A stretch of DNA of 61,341 nt, filler included. It is 3 parts of 3 records of this genome, joined end to end, with 100 filler letters (N's around TTAATTAATTAA, not from the genome) between each part and the next. Parts side by side here need not be neighbours in the genome. Positions count along the whole stretch, not along the records: positions 24,584 to 30,521 come from SRR20825006_568; positions 30,622 to 61,341 come from SRR20825006_577; 1 more part is not named here. One strand, given 5' to 3'. Below the pieces are notes generated by a model that searched no databases, was not told the DNA's origin, and worked only from the letters and a program-made list of their open reading frames with translations. This document shows positions 29,287-39,501 of the stretch, piece after piece (position 1 is the first letter of the stretch; every line of letters begins with the position of its first letter). Both the position numbers and the translations under genes were made by a program.

Positions 29287-30297
29287 ATGGACGATCTGGA
29301 GACTGACCTGCAAAAGGCCGTGGCGGATTTAGAAGACATCTCCGATTTTTCGCGCGCAGAATGGTGCGACGCGATTGAAGATCTGTCCGAAGAGCTCGGC
29401 TATTATCAGCCGCTCGGCTCCGATTTCTCGGCTGCGTTCTTGGATGAAAAACCTCGACTCTTGGTGTGTTTTGACACCTATGAACGCGCAACAGAGCGCA
29501 CCGATCTGGGCTACCCGCACGGGATGATGCTGGCCGCTCATCACGGTTGGTCCACCCTCACCCTGATCGCCCATGGCCCCGACCCCAAAAACGTCTGGTT
29601 CCGCGCGCCTGAAATCACCCGCTATTTCGACCGTCTCGTCGACGAAGGCTTTTTTGAGGATTTCGATCAGGTGGTGTTTTACGGTGCCGGGGCCTGTGGT
29701 TACGCCGCAGCCGCCTATTCCGTAGTTGCCCCCGGCGCGACCGTGATCGCCATTGCGCCCCAAGCCACACTGGATGGCCGTCTGGCGTCCTGGGATCATC
29801 GTTTCCCGGCCACTCGGCGGATGGATTTCACCTCCCGCTATGGCTTTGCCCCAAATATGGTTGATGGTGCAGATCGGGTGTTTATCCTGTATGATCCAAA
29901 GATCGAACTGGACGCAATACACGCCGCCCTGTTTCATCAACCGCATGTCAGCCGCGTCCCCTGCCGCTTGTTTGGCGCCGACCCGGAATTTGAAATGATG
30001 GAAATGGGGGCTTTGGCACCAATCTTAGTGGCCGCGATGCAGGGCACTCTCGATCAACGCCGGATGACACAGGCGTTGCGCATGCGGCGCGAGCATTTGG
30101 GCTATCTGCGTCGGCTTTTGGGGGAACTGGCCCCGGACAACCGTCCGATGCAAACCGCGCTTTTGTGCCGCCATGTGGTCAAAACCCGCCCCGGCGCGCG
30201 CCGGTTCCGCCGTGCGTTGCAAACTGCGACATCCGCTTTGGAAGAGAAAGGCGTGACATTGCCGTGGGAAAAAGAGGCTGAGGGGCTGGGCGCCTAG
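29287..30297 (+). CDS. Conserved hypothetical protein with degenerate alpha/beta-hydrolase-like elbow
   Basis: AGGAG RBS; VVFYGAGACGYAAAAYS...IAPQATL; no Ser at the nucleophile position. Confidence 0.7.
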   Translation: MDDLETDLQKAVADLEDISDFSRAEWCDAIEDLSEELGYYQPLGSDFSAAFLDEKPRLLVCFDTYERATERTDLGYPHGMMLAAHHGWSTLTLIAHGPDPKNVWFRAPEITRYFDRLVDEGFFEDFDQVVFYGAGACGYAAAAYSVVAPGATVIAIAPQATLDGRLASWDHRFPATRRMDFTSRYGFAPNMVDGADRVFILYDPKIELDAIHAALFHQPHVSRVPCRLFGADPEFEMMEMGALAPILVAAMQGTLDQRRMTQALRMRREHLGYLRRLLGELAPDNRPMQTALLCRHVVKTRPGARRFRRALQTATSALEEKGVTLPWEKEAEGLGA

Positions 30298-30305
30298 CCC
30301 CTCGC

Positions 30306-30521
30306 CTAGCCCAACCCGCCCTCGTCTTCGACAAACCGCACCGCCTCGGCCACGCCCAAACCGTTGCGCATCGAGGCCATGATATAAGGCCGCCCCCCAC
30401 GCGCGCGTTTGGTGTCTGCCTCCAAAAGTGCCGGATCGACGCCGACATAGGGGGCAAGATCGACCTTGTTCACGACCAATAAATCAGACCGCGTCACCCC
30501 CGGCCCGCGTTTGCGCGGAAT
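30306..30521 (-). CDS. ureG: Urease accessory GTPase, 3' fragment
   Basis: [27 protein letters not shown]...RARGGRP. Confidence 0.93.
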   Translation of the reverse strand: MPRKRGPGVTRSDLLVVNKVDLAPYVGVDPALLEADTKRARGGRPYIMASMRNGLGVAEAVRFVEDEGGLG

Positions 30522-30621
30522 NNNNNNNNNNNNNNNNNNNNNNNNNNNNNNNNNNNNNNNNNNNNTTAATTAATTAANNNNNNNNNNNNNNNNNNNNNNN
30601 NNNNNNNNNNNNNNNNNNNNN
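30522..30621. other. Artificial contig spacer
   Basis: 44 N + TTAATTAATTAA (30566-30577) + 44 N. Confidence 0.99.
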
Positions 30622-30650
30622 CCCGGAGTTTATCTGGCAAGATGAAGGGG
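30622..30650 (+). repeat. Intergenic repeat family A, partial copy at contig start
   Basis: CCCGGAGTTTATCTGGCAAGATGAAGGGG matches 53395-53423 at 27/29. Confidence 0.8.
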
Positions 30651-30651
30651 C

Positions 30652-31011
30652 TTAGCTGCCGCGATATGTGGAATAGCCGAAGGGCGAAAGCAGCAGCGGC
30701 ACGTGATAGTGCGCGTCGATGTCCGAGATACCAAAGCGGATCGGGATGCGGTTCAGAAAGCGTGGACTTTCGGCGGGCACGCCGATGGAGTCGAAATAAT
30801 CGCCTGCTTCGAATTCCAGTTCATACTGGCCTTCGCGAAAGCCGTCCTCGGGCAGGATCGGGCTGTCGGTGCGGCCATCGGCATTGGTGACCATGTGGGA
30901 CACCTTGACCTTGGCGGTCGCTTCGAACCGGTAAAGGGTGACGGACAGACCGGCGGCGGGCTTGCCGGTGCTGGTGTCCAGAACATGCGTTGTCAGATAT
31001 CCCGAGGCCAT
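30652..31011 (-). CDS. uraH: 5-hydroxyisourate hydrolase (transthyretin-like)
   Basis: LTTHVLD, TNADGR, HYHVPLLLSPFGYSTYRGS C-terminus; AGGAG RBS. Confidence 0.96.
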   Translation of the reverse strand: MASGYLTTHVLDTSTGKPAAGLSVTLYRFEATAKVKVSHMVTNADGRTDSPILPEDGFREGQYELEFEAGDYFDSIGVPAESPRFLNRIPIRFGISDIDAHYHVPLLLSPFGYSTYRGS

Positions 31012-31243
31012 TGCATTCTCTCCTGATTTTGACCCAGCATGACCACAGCGGGGCCCGAAGCGCAAAAGGATTTCCGCAGGCCTGCCCCTTTGTCTGCGCC
31101 CGTATTGTTGGCAGTTTCCGGGTGCAGCGCCGCAGTTGTGACCGTGCAAGAGGTTTTGCTTGATCGGTCCCGTATCGAGGCCGCATAGTTTTTCATGAGC
31201 CGCATCAAGACGGCCGTATTCAACCGTGTAGGGACATCCAACA

Positions 31244-32563
31244 ATGACCGATATTTCACAAGGGGCCTATGCGGACCCCAACGAGACCCCTCCCATGGCC
31301 CAGGCGATCCCGCTGGGCTTTCAACACGTTCTGGCGATGTTTGCCTCGAACGTCACGCCGTCGATCATCGTGGCCGGTGCGGCGGGGCTGGCCTTTGGCG
31401 GGCCGGAACAGGTGTACCTGATCCAGATGGCGATGCTGTTTGCAGGGATTGCGACGCTGTTCCAGACCATCGGCTTTGGTCCTGTGGGGGCGCGGTTGCC
31501 GATCATGCAGGGCACCAGCTTTGCCTTTGTGGGTGTGCTGGCGGGCGTTGCCGCGACCCAAGGGATGGGCGTGGCGCTGACTGCCTGCCTGATCGGGGGC
31601 ACTCTGCACTTTTGTCTGGGGGCCTTTATCAAAAGCCTGCGGTGGCTGTTCCCGCCGCTGGTCACCGGATTGGTCATTCTGGCGATTGGTCTCTACCTGA
31701 TCCCGACCGCGATCAAATACGCCGCAGGCGGCGCGGCGGATTTCCAGATGGCGGCGGAAAGCTTTGGTTCGCTGAAACACTGGGCCGTGGCGCTGACCGT
31801 GGTTGTCGTGGCGCTGGCGCTCAAGTTCTTTGCCAAGGGGTCGCTCAGCAACTCGGGCATCCTGATCGGGTTGCTGGCGGGCTATGTGCTGGCGTTCATT
31901 CTTGGCATGGTCAACTTTGCCGCCGTGGGCAAGGCTGCGTGGATCACCGGCATCACGCCGATGCCCTTCGGGTTCGAGTTCAATCTGGGCGCGGTGATCG
32001 CCGTAACGCTGGTGTGTGTGGTCTCTGCGATTGAGACTGTGGGCGACACCTCGGCCACCACCAAGGCGGGCGCGGGGCGCGATGCGACGGATGACGAGAT
32101 TGCCGGCGCCACCTATGCCGACGGGCTGGGCACGGCGGTGGCGGCTGTGTTTGGCGGTCTGCCCAACACATCGTTCAGCCAGAACGTCGGCATCGTCGGC
32201 ATGACCGGTGTGATGTCGCGCCATGTGGTGACCATCGGTGGTCTGGTGCTGATCGTCTGCGGTCTGCTGCCCAAGATCGGGGCGGTGATTGCGTCGATGC
32301 CGCTGCCGGTGCTGGGCGGCGGGGTGATCGTGATGTTCGGCATGGTGGCGGCCGCCGGTCTGAACGTGCTGACCGAGGTCAGGATGAACCGCCGCAACAT
32401 GGTGATCATCGCCGTGGCGCTGACGGCGGGACTGGGGCTGAACCTGGTGCCGACGGCGGTGCAATATCTGCCCGGCGTGCTGTCGACGCTGGCAACAAGT
32501 GCGGTGGCTCCGACGGCGCTGGTGGCGGTTGTACTGAACCTGGTTCTGCCAGAAGAGATCTGA
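31244..32563 (+). CDS. NCS2 xanthine/uracil/urate permease
   Basis: QHVLAMF, ETVGD and TSFSQNVGIVGMTGVMSR NAT signature. Confidence 0.93.
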   Translation: MTDISQGAYADPNETPPMAQAIPLGFQHVLAMFASNVTPSIIVAGAAGLAFGGPEQVYLIQMAMLFAGIATLFQTIGFGPVGARLPIMQGTSFAFVGVLAGVAATQGMGVALTACLIGGTLHFCLGAFIKSLRWLFPPLVTGLVILAIGLYLIPTAIKYAAGGAADFQMAAESFGSLKHWAVALTVVVVALALKFFAKGSLSNSGILIGLLAGYVLAFILGMVNFAAVGKAAWITGITPMPFGFEFNLGAVIAVTLVCVVSAIETVGDTSATTKAGAGRDATDDEIAGATYADGLGTAVAAVFGGLPNTSFSQNVGIVGMTGVMSRHVVTIGGLVLIVCGLLPKIGAVIASMPLPVLGGGVIVMFGMVAAAGLNVLTEVRMNRRNMVIIAVALTAGLGLNLVPTAVQYLPGVLSTLATSAVAPTALVAVVLNLVLPEEI

Positions 32564-32586
32564 CGACCTGACGACCTGACGCCAGT

Positions 32587-32622
32587 CGGCCCTTCGGGGA
32601 GGATTTTTCAAAACCAGAGAAG
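32587..32622 (+). repeat. Intergenic repeat family B
   Basis: CGGCCCTTCGGGGAGGATTTTTCAAAACCAGAGAAG matches 60060-60095 at 29/36 ungapped. Confidence 0.6.
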
Positions 32623-32740
32623 GGGCAGGACGCGGTTGGCGGCTTGCCCCTTTTTGACAGGGTGGGGCCTGGAAAAGGGCAGTGGATAACTCAGGCTTCA
32701 CGCTTTCAGAATCGGGCCCGGCCATGCTAGATATCGCGGT

Positions 32741-34594
32741 ATGGCCATAGTAGACAACAATATCAACGATTCACGCCCGGTGATCCGGCAGTTGGACGAG
32801 GGTGCGATCAACCGCATTGCGGCGGGCGAGGTTGTTGAACGGCCGGCCTCGGCGGTCAAGGAACTGGTGGAAAACGCGCTGGATGCGGGCGCGCGGCGGA
32901 TTACCATCGACATTGCGGATGGCGGCAAGACGCTGATCCGTGTGACCGATGACGGTTGCGGGATTGCCGGACACGATCTGGCGCTGGCGCTGAGCCGCCA
33001 TGCCACGTCGAAAATCGACGGCTCCGACCTGTTGAACATCCACACATTCGGCTTTCGGGGCGAGGCGTTGCCCAGTCTGGGGGCGGTGGGTCGGCTGAGC
33101 ATTGCCAGCCGTGTACCGGGGGCCGAGGCGTTCCAGATCAAGGTGGAAGGCGGCGCAATGGGCAAGGTGCGGCCCGTGGCGCTGAATGCAGGCACGGTGG
33201 TGACGCTGGGCGATCTGTTTTACGCCACGCCTGCGCGGCTGAAGTTCATGCGCACCGACCGCGCCGAGGCGCAGGCGATCACCGACATCATCAAGCGGCT
33301 GGCGATGGCGGAACCGTTCGTGCGGTTCGAGCTGCGCGACATCAGCAACGACAGTCCGCGCACGGTGTTCGTGGCCGAAGCGCAGACCGGCGATATGTTC
33401 GACGCACTGCACGGGCGGCTGGCGACGGTGCTGGGGCGCGAGTTTGCGGATAATTCACTGGCGATTGATGCTGAACGCGACGGGCTGCATCTGACCGGAT
33501 ATGCGGCCCTGCCGACCTATTCACGCGGCTCTGCCGTGGCGCAATATCTGTTCGTGAACGGGCGGCCCGTGCGCGACAAGCTGTTGGTGGGGGCGCTGCG
33601 TGGGGCCTATTTCGATTTCCTCAGCCGCGACCGGCATCCGGCGGCGGCGCTGTTTCTGGATTGCGACCCGACGTTGGTGGACGTGAACGTGCATCCTGCG
33701 AAATCCGAGGTGCGCTTTCGCGATCCGGCGCTGGCGCGGGGGCTGATTGTCTCGGCGCTGCGACATGCGCTGGCGGGGGCGGGGCACCGCGCGTCGTCGA
33801 CCGTGGCGGGGGGCGTGATCGAGGCAATGCGACCCGAAGGGACAAGCGTCGATGCGGGCGCACCGCGTGTTTATCAGATGGACCGGCCCAGCCTTGGGTT
33901 GCGGGCAGCCCCATATCAGACACCGCAGCAGACCACCGGCTTTGCCGAGATGGCGCGGGACTACAGCGGGCAGGTGGCCGCCCCCGAACCCGTGGCCGAA
34001 AGCGATCCGCAGGACCTGCCGCTGGGCACCGCGCGGGGGCAGGTGCACGAGAATTACATCATCGCGCAGACCGCCACGGGCATGGTGATTGTCGACCAGC
34101 ATGCGGCGCATGAACGGCTGGTCTATGAAAAGCTGAAACGCCAGATGGCCGAGAATGGTGTCGCCGCGCAGGCGCTGCTGATCCCCGAGATTGTCGAGCT
34201 GAGCAATGGCGATTGCGCGCGTTTGCTAGAGCTGGCTGACGATCTGGCACGGCTTGGTTTGGGGATCGAAGCCTTTGGCGGCGGGGCCATCGCAGTGCGC
34301 GAAACCCCGGCCATTCTGGGCGAGGTCAACGCCGAAGCGATGATCAAGGATATTCTGGACGAACTGGACGACATGGGCAGCAGCCAGACCGTGCAGGCGC
34401 GGATCGAGGCTATTCTCAGCCGCGTGGCCTGTCACGGCTCGATCCGGTCGGGGCGCTGGATGCGGGCCGAAGAGATGAACGCGCTGCTGCGCGAAATGGA
34501 GGCGACGCCGCATTCGGGTCAGTGCAACCATGGGCGGCCGACCTATGTTGAGCTGAAGCTGGCCGATATCGAACGGCTGTTCGGGCGCACATGA
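32741..34594 (+). CDS. mutL: DNA mismatch repair endonuclease MutL
   Basis: [49 protein letters not shown] and CNHGRP. Confidence 0.98.
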   Translation: MAIVDNNINDSRPVIRQLDEGAINRIAAGEVVERPASAVKELVENALDAGARRITIDIADGGKTLIRVTDDGCGIAGHDLALALSRHATSKIDGSDLLNIHTFGFRGEALPSLGAVGRLSIASRVPGAEAFQIKVEGGAMGKVRPVALNAGTVVTLGDLFYATPARLKFMRTDRAEAQAITDIIKRLAMAEPFVRFELRDISNDSPRTVFVAEAQTGDMFDALHGRLATVLGREFADNSLAIDAERDGLHLTGYAALPTYSRGSAVAQYLFVNGRPVRDKLLVGALRGAYFDFLSRDRHPAAALFLDCDPTLVDVNVHPAKSEVRFRDPALARGLIVSALRHALAGAGHRASSTVAGGVIEAMRPEGTSVDAGAPRVYQMDRPSLGLRAAPYQTPQQTTGFAEMARDYSGQVAAPEPVAESDPQDLPLGTARGQVHENYIIAQTATGMVIVDQHAAHERLVYEKLKRQMAENGVAAQALLIPEIVELSNGDCARLLELADDLARLGLGIEAFGGGAIAVRETPAILGEVNAEAMIKDILDELDDMGSSQTVQARIEAILSRVACHGSIRSGRWMRAEEMNALLREMEATPHSGQCNHGRPTYVELKLADIERLFGRT

Positions 34595-35826
34595 TCGAGA
34601 TTGCGGGGCAGTCCTATGCGCTGAGCGATCCGCTGGTGTTGGCCGCTGCGGGGGCGGGGCTGTTGTTGCTGCTGATCGTGGTGCTGCTGATCGCCACGGT
34701 GCGCGCGGCGGGGCGTTCTGCGCGGATGGCGATGCCGCTGTCGCAGCAGATGCAGGTGTTGGGGCAGAATGTGCATCAGCTGGGCATGGGGCAGGCGCAG
34801 CTTCAGGGTGGTTTGCAGACCGTCAGCGACACGCAGGCGCACGCCCAGGCGCAGATGATCCAGACCGTCGAGGCGCGGCTGGCCCATGTGCAGCAGCAGA
34901 TGCAGGACCGGTTGGCCGACAACGCAATGCGCAGCCAGCGTGCGCTGACCGAGATGCAGGAGCGGATGCGCGAGACGCTGCACGGCTCGTCCAAACAAAC
35001 CACGACCAGCCTGACGCAGTTGCAGGAGCGGCTGGCCTCGATCGACAAGGCACAGGACAATATCACCAAGCTGTCGGGCGACGTGCTGTCCTTGCAGGAC
35101 ATTCTGTCGAACAAGCAGACGCGCGGGGCCTTTGGCGAAATCCAGCTGACCGACATCGTCAGCAAGGCGCTGCCGCGTGACAGCTACCAGATGCAGGCGA
35201 CGCTTTCGAACGGGCGGCGGGCCGATTGCCTGATCCACCTGCCGAACCCGCCCGGCCCCATCGTCATCGACAGCAAATTCCCGCTGGAGGCATATGAGGC
35301 GCTGCGCAGGGCCAAGACCGAGTGGGATCTGAACGAGGCGGCCAAGGCGATGCGTGTCGCGGTCAAGAAACACATCAACGACATTTCGACCAAGTACATC
35401 CTGGAAGGCGAAACCGCTGACGGTGCGCTGATGTTCCTGCCGTCCGAGGCCGTCTATGCCGAGTTGCACGCGAACTTTCCCGAACTGGTGCGGGCCGGGT
35501 TCGATGCGCGGGTGTGGATTGTGTCGCCCACCACCTGCATGGCCACGCTGAACACAATGCGCGCAATCCTGAAAGACGCGCGGATGCGGGAGCAGGCGGG
35601 GGCCATCCGCACCACGCTGCGCCAGTTGCACCGCGACGTTGAGATCGTGGTCGAGCGGGTGGACAAGCTGAACCTGCATTTCGGGCAGGCCCGCAAGGAT
35701 CTGGACGGGATCAGCACCGCCGCCGAACGGGCTGGCAAGCGGGCGGCGCGGCTGGACAACTTTGATTTCGAAGAAATCGACGAGGCCCCCAGCACGGTCG
35801 TGCCGCTGACCACACCCGAGACATGA
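34591..35826 (+). CDS. rmuC: DNA recombination protein RmuC
   Basis: N-terminal TM, coiled coil, [21 protein letters not shown] and VSPTT. Confidence 0.95.
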   Translation: MIEIAGQSYALSDPLVLAAAGAGLLLLLIVVLLIATVRAAGRSARMAMPLSQQMQVLGQNVHQLGMGQAQLQGGLQTVSDTQAHAQAQMIQTVEARLAHVQQQMQDRLADNAMRSQRALTEMQERMRETLHGSSKQTTTSLTQLQERLASIDKAQDNITKLSGDVLSLQDILSNKQTRGAFGEIQLTDIVSKALPRDSYQMQATLSNGRRADCLIHLPNPPGPIVIDSKFPLEAYEALRRAKTEWDLNEAAKAMRVAVKKHINDISTKYILEGETADGALMFLPSEAVYAELHANFPELVRAGFDARVWIVSPTTCMATLNTMRAILKDARMREQAGAIRTTLRQLHRDVEIVVERVDKLNLHFGQARKDLDGISTAAERAGKRAARLDNFDFEEIDEAPSTVVPLTTPET

Positions 35827-35895
35827 ACGCAGGCTTGTGAAGCAACGCGGTTTGCGGCATAGGCAGCCATCCCCCAGCCGAGAAAGGCGACCCCC

Positions 35896-36063
35896 GTGGA
35901 TTACAAGAAATCAGGCAATGCCAAGGTTGGCAAGAACGCGCCCCGTCACAGCGAACACAACGCCAAGGGCAGCGACAAGAATCCCTTTGGCAAAGGCACC
36001 GACAAGGCCGCCCTGCTGGCCCGGATGAAGGCTGCTGCCGAGGCGAAGAAGAAACAGGGCTGA
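35896..36063 (+). CDS. Small basic protein (55 aa), below ORF-track cutoff
   Basis: GAAAGG RBS, GTG start: MDYKKSGNAKVGKNAPRHSEHNAKGSDKNPFGKGTDKAALLARMKAAAEAKKKQG; GC-rich third positions. Confidence 0.7.
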   Translation: MDYKKSGNAKVGKNAPRHSEHNAKGSDKNPFGKGTDKAALLARMKAAAEAKKKQG

Positions 36064-36204
36064 ACGCCCGGGTTCTGACAGGTTTGCATCCGCATTCACA
36101 GTTTTGAAAACGTGGATGCGGGGCGCACATGCGCCATCTGGCTTTTATTTTGACCCGGAACGTGCGTATCACTGTGCCTTGTGAAGGCCGTGCAAGGTGT
36201 TGAT

Positions 36205-36750
36205 ATGGGCGGACAGATCATATTTCTTCACGGGCCATCCAGCAGTGGCAAGTCAACCACCGCGAAGGCATTGCAAGACGCAATCGAACTGCCGTTCTGG
36301 CATATTTCCATCGACCACCTGCGCGACAGCGGCGTGTTGCCTGACAAGCGCATCAGGTCGCGCGCGTTTCAGTGGTCGCAGATGCGCCAGCCGTTCTTTG
36401 ACGGGTTTCATGCCTCGCTGGCTGCCTATGCCCATGCGGTCAACAATCTGATCGTCGAACACATCCTGGAACAGCCCGAGTGGATTGCCGATCTGAAACG
36501 GATGCTTGGCCCGTTCGATGTGTATTTCGTGGGATTGCATTGTGATTTGAACACGTTGAACCAACGTGAAACCGCGCGTGGGGACCGCCCGGTGGGCAGT
36601 GCCTCGCAGGATTTTCATACCGTTCATGTCGGGCGAACCTATGACATTGAACTGGATGGCACTGCGGATACGGCGGCGAACGTGTCGGCGCTTTTGGAGG
36701 GGTGGCGGTCCGGCAGGCGTGTGTCCGAGTTCGCCCCGCCCGCTTCGTGA
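36205..36750 (+). CDS. Chloramphenicol phosphotransferase (CPT)-like P-loop kinase
   Basis: IIFLHGPSSSGKST, NNLIVEH, RETARGDRPVG and YDIELD. Confidence 0.82.
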   Translation: MGGQIIFLHGPSSSGKSTTAKALQDAIELPFWHISIDHLRDSGVLPDKRIRSRAFQWSQMRQPFFDGFHASLAAYAHAVNNLIVEHILEQPEWIADLKRMLGPFDVYFVGLHCDLNTLNQRETARGDRPVGSASQDFHTVHVGRTYDIELDGTADTAANVSALLEGWRSGRRVSEFAPPAS

Positions 36751-37410
36751 TCAGATGCGGATGAAGCGCTGGAAGATCTTCAGAAACAGCCCCTTGAACC
36801 GCAAGGGCGCATCGGTGACGGCCAGACAGATGCAATCCTCGTGGATGTCGGCGACAGGTGTGTGGTTCACATCCGCGTCGGCGGTCTCCACGTCACCGCG
36901 CGCGAAATAGCCGTCGTCGTCCTGAAAGGCGCCTTGCAGCACCAGCGTCATTTCGGTGCCGTTGTGCCCATGGTCGGGCATGGCGACGCCGGCGGGTATG
37001 TGCAGCAGACGCGCCGTTGCATCCGCCGAAGTGGGCAGGATCGCCTGCCGCACACCCATCCCGATGTTGCGCCATTTCACGCCGGACAGGTCGTTGCCGA
37101 TATAGTCGCTGAGCGGTGCAGGCACGGTCTTGCTGCGCGTAGACGGTGCGCGCTCCGTCGCGCCAGACGGACAATCCTCAAGCCGCTCCATCACGGCGGC
37201 GAGGCTGCCTGTGTCCATTGTCGCCAGTGCGTCATTGTCCGCGCCCAGCATGGCACCGCCGATGCTGTCGTAACTGGCCAGCTGCGCGCGGCAATCGTCG
37301 CACAGCGAAATATGGGTCGCCACGAGGATGTTGAACGCCTCGGGCAATGTGCCTGCCGAATAGCCCATCAGCATCTGGTCCGTGATGTGGTGTTTGATGT
37401 CGTTTTTCAT
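36751..37410 (-). CDS. chrR: Anti-sigma-E factor ChrR
   Basis: IKHH...ATHISLCDDC zinc motif; cupin PDHGHNGTEMTLVLQGAF...HTP...CICLA. Confidence 0.95.
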   Translation of the reverse strand: MKNDIKHHITDQMLMGYSAGTLPEAFNILVATHISLCDDCRAQLASYDSIGGAMLGADNDALATMDTGSLAAVMERLEDCPSGATERAPSTRSKTVPAPLSDYIGNDLSGVKWRNIGMGVRQAILPTSADATARLLHIPAGVAMPDHGHNGTEMTLVLQGAFQDDDGYFARGDVETADADVNHTPVADIHEDCICLAVTDAPLRFKGLFLKIFQRFIRI

Positions 37411-37415
37411 GGCTT

Positions 37416-38063
37416 CTACTTCATTGCGTGGCGCAGTCGATCCAGCGCCAGACGTATTCTTGATTTGATCGTGCCCAAGGGCAGACCGGTCTGAGCGGCG
37501 ATTTCGCTGTGGGTCAGATCCCCGAAATACGCCTTTTCCAACAATGCGCGCTGCCGCGCAGGCAGCTCCGCGATGGCGCGGGCCAGTGTTTCACTTTCCT
37601 GCTGCAGGGCGATCACATCCGCCTGCGCCGGTTCTTCTTCGGGGCCCCATGTCAGCTCTTCCGGCTCGGGGCGGCGCTGCTTGCGCAGCGCGTCGATCTT
37701 GCGGTTCCGGGCAATCGTGAAGATCCACGTCGCCACCGATGCCCGCGACGCATCGAACAAATGAGCTTTGGCCCAGACGGTCACCATGACCTCTTGGGCG
37801 CATTCCTCTGCCAGGGACGCATCCGCCCCCGATTTGATCAGAAACCCCTTCACCCGCGGCGCGAAGTGGCCGTAAAGCTCGGCAAAGGCAGCACGGTCCC
37901 GTGATGTGTGGATGCGCACCATATGGTCCACCCACAAGGATCGTTTCTCGGCCTTTTCGCGCGTGCTCACTTTTGTTGTTCCTGTCGCAGGGGCAAACCC
38001 CGTCCCCTTGTCATGTGGGTAAACCCGCAAAGCGGGCGTCTGAGTGTCGTGACCTGCGAACAT
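37416..38063 (-). CDS. rpoE: ECF sigma factor RpoE (singlet-oxygen response)
   Basis: AFAELYGHFAPRVK, TWIFTIARNRKIDALR and GLPLGTIKSRIRLAL; directly upstream of chrR. Start 38063 or an internal GTG. Confidence 0.93.
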   Translation of the reverse strand: MFAGHDTQTPALRVYPHDKGTGFAPATGTTKVSTREKAEKRSLWVDHMVRIHTSRDRAAFAELYGHFAPRVKGFLIKSGADASLAEECAQEVMVTVWAKAHLFDASRASVATWIFTIARNRKIDALRKQRRPEPEELTWGPEEEPAQADVIALQQESETLARAIAELPARQRALLEKAYFGDLTHSEIAAQTGLPLGTIKSRIRLALDRLRHAMK

Positions 38064-38071
38064 ACCCCTGT

Positions 38072-38097
38072 TACGCGTCCGGTCACCAGTTGGATCA
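38072..38097 (-). promoter_or_regulatory. RpoE-dependent autoregulatory promoter
   Basis: Minus strand TGATCC-N15-GCGTA, an exact match to the alphaproteobacterial RpoE/ChrR consensus. Confidence 0.85.
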
Positions 38098-38120
38098 CAA
38101 TTTATTTTTTTGAAGCAATT

Positions 38121-38147
38121 TGAAACCGAAAGCTGATTTGCCCCGTA
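38121..38147 (+). promoter_or_regulatory. Possible degenerate RpoE promoter for the divergent operon
   Basis: TGAAACC...CCGTA about 45 nt upstream of ATG 38191; the homologous R. sphaeroides operon is RpoE-dependent. Confidence 0.45.
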
Positions 38148-38190
38148 CGTATGGCATAAGAACAAACACGGCCAAGGAAACAAAAACACA

Positions 38191-39501
38191 ATGCCATTTG
38201 AAGCCCCCCGCGCCCACAGCGCCTCCGGCCCCAAGAAAATCGCAGTCATCGGCGCAGGTATTTCAGGGATGGGCGCAGCCCATATGTTGGGCGGCCAGCA
38301 CGCCATGACCTTGTACGAAGCCGAGCCGGATCTGGGGGGGCACGCGCGCACCCGTATGGCGGGCCGCAAGGGTGATACGCCGGTCGACACCGGCTTTATC
38401 GTGTTCAACTATGCCAATTATCCGCATCTGGCGGCCTTGTTTGCCGAACTGGAGGTGCCGGTGGTGCCCTCGAACATGAGCTTTGGCGCTTCTATCGGTG
38501 GCGGGCGGCTGGAGTACGGGCTGGCGAGCCTCGGCGCGCTGTTCGCGCAGCCGCGCAATGCGGTTGATCCGCGGTTTCTGGGCATGGTTCGGGATGTGTT
38601 CCGGTTCAACAAACGGGCCTTGCGGCTGGCGCAGGCGGATCGGCAGATGACCGTGGGTGCGTTCCTGAAGCTGTTGGGGACAGGCAAGTGGTTCCGCGAT
38701 TATTACCTCTTGCCGCTGTCCGGTGCGATCTGGTCGACGCCGACGGAAAAGATCATGGATTTCCCTGCGCACGCGATGATCCAGTTCTTTGAAAACCACG
38801 CCTTGCTGCATCACACCGGCCAGCACCAATGGTACACGGTCGAGGGCGGTAGCCGTTCTTATGTCACCCGGCTTGAGGATGCCCTGCGCCGCAACGGGAT
38901 CGACATTCGGCTGAAATCCCCCGTGCAGTCGGTGCGCCGTACAGCGGCGGGTGCGCAGGTGAAGGCATGGGGTGGAGAGTGGGAGACCTTTGACGAGGTG
39001 GTCTTTGCCACCCATTCCGACGACACGCTGAAGCTGTTGGAGGATCCGTCCGAGCAGGAACAATCGGTGCTGGGCGCAATAGCCTACCAGCCCAACGACA
39101 TTGTCCTGCATTCTGATGAGACCATCATGCCACGTCGTCGTCAGACGTGGTCGTCGTGGGTCTATACCGAAGCCGCGGACAGCGCATCCGAGCGGATCGA
39201 CCTGACCTATTGGATGAATTCGCTGCAACCCTGGCTGAAAGGGGAACAGTTCTTTGTCACCCTGAACAGCCGACGGGATATCAACCCCGATCTGATCTGG
39301 GATCAGGTCACCCTGCGCCATCCGGTCTATGATCTGGCAGCACTGGCAGCACAAAAGCAGGCCGCGCAGATGAACGGCGCCAACAACACGTGGTTCTGTG
39401 GTGCGTGGATGAAGAACGGCTTTCACGAGGACGGGTTGTCCTCGGCCTTTGACGTGGCACAGCGGTTGCTGGCCGTGCCGGACGTACTGGCGGCGGAATG
39501 A
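38191..39501 (+). CDS. ufaD: FAD-dependent oxidoreductase, RSP1091/UfaD-like fatty acyl desaturase
   Basis: IGAGISG, GGHART, VDTGFIVFN and GFHEDG; divergent from rpoE-chrR. Confidence 0.82.
   Translation: MPFEAPRAHSASGPKKIAVIGAGISGMGAAHMLGGQHAMTLYEAEPDLGGHARTRMAGRKGDTPVDTGFIVFNYANYPHLAALFAELEVPVVPSNMSFGASIGGGRLEYGLASLGALFAQPRNAVDPRFLGMVRDVFRFNKRALRLAQADRQMTVGAFLKLLGTGKWFRDYYLLPLSGAIWSTPTEKIMDFPAHAMIQFFENHALLHHTGQHQWYTVEGGSRSYVTRLEDALRRNGIDIRLKSPVQSVRRTAAGAQVKAWGGEWETFDEVVFATHSDDTLKLLEDPSEQEQSVLGAIAYQPNDIVLHSDETIMPRRRQTWSSWVYTEAADSASERIDLTYWMNSLQPWLKGEQFFVTLNSRRDINPDLIWDQVTLRHPVYDLAALAAQKQAAQMNGANNTWFCGAWMKNGFHEDGLSSAFDVAQRLLAVPDVLAAE

Noticed and set aside
30280..30312. Hairpin and CGCCTAGCCC duplication at convergent stop codons
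   Set aside because: Short, GC-rich, no U-tract; cannot be separated from chance or a minor terminator.
31012..31243. Purine or xanthine riboswitch between uraH and the NCS2 permease
   Set aside because: No recognisable aptamer consensus; a Rfam scan would be needed.
32560..32581. CTGACGAC tandem repeat (about 2.7 copies) at the permease stop
   Set aside because: Looks like simple slippage; no spacers, so not CRISPR.
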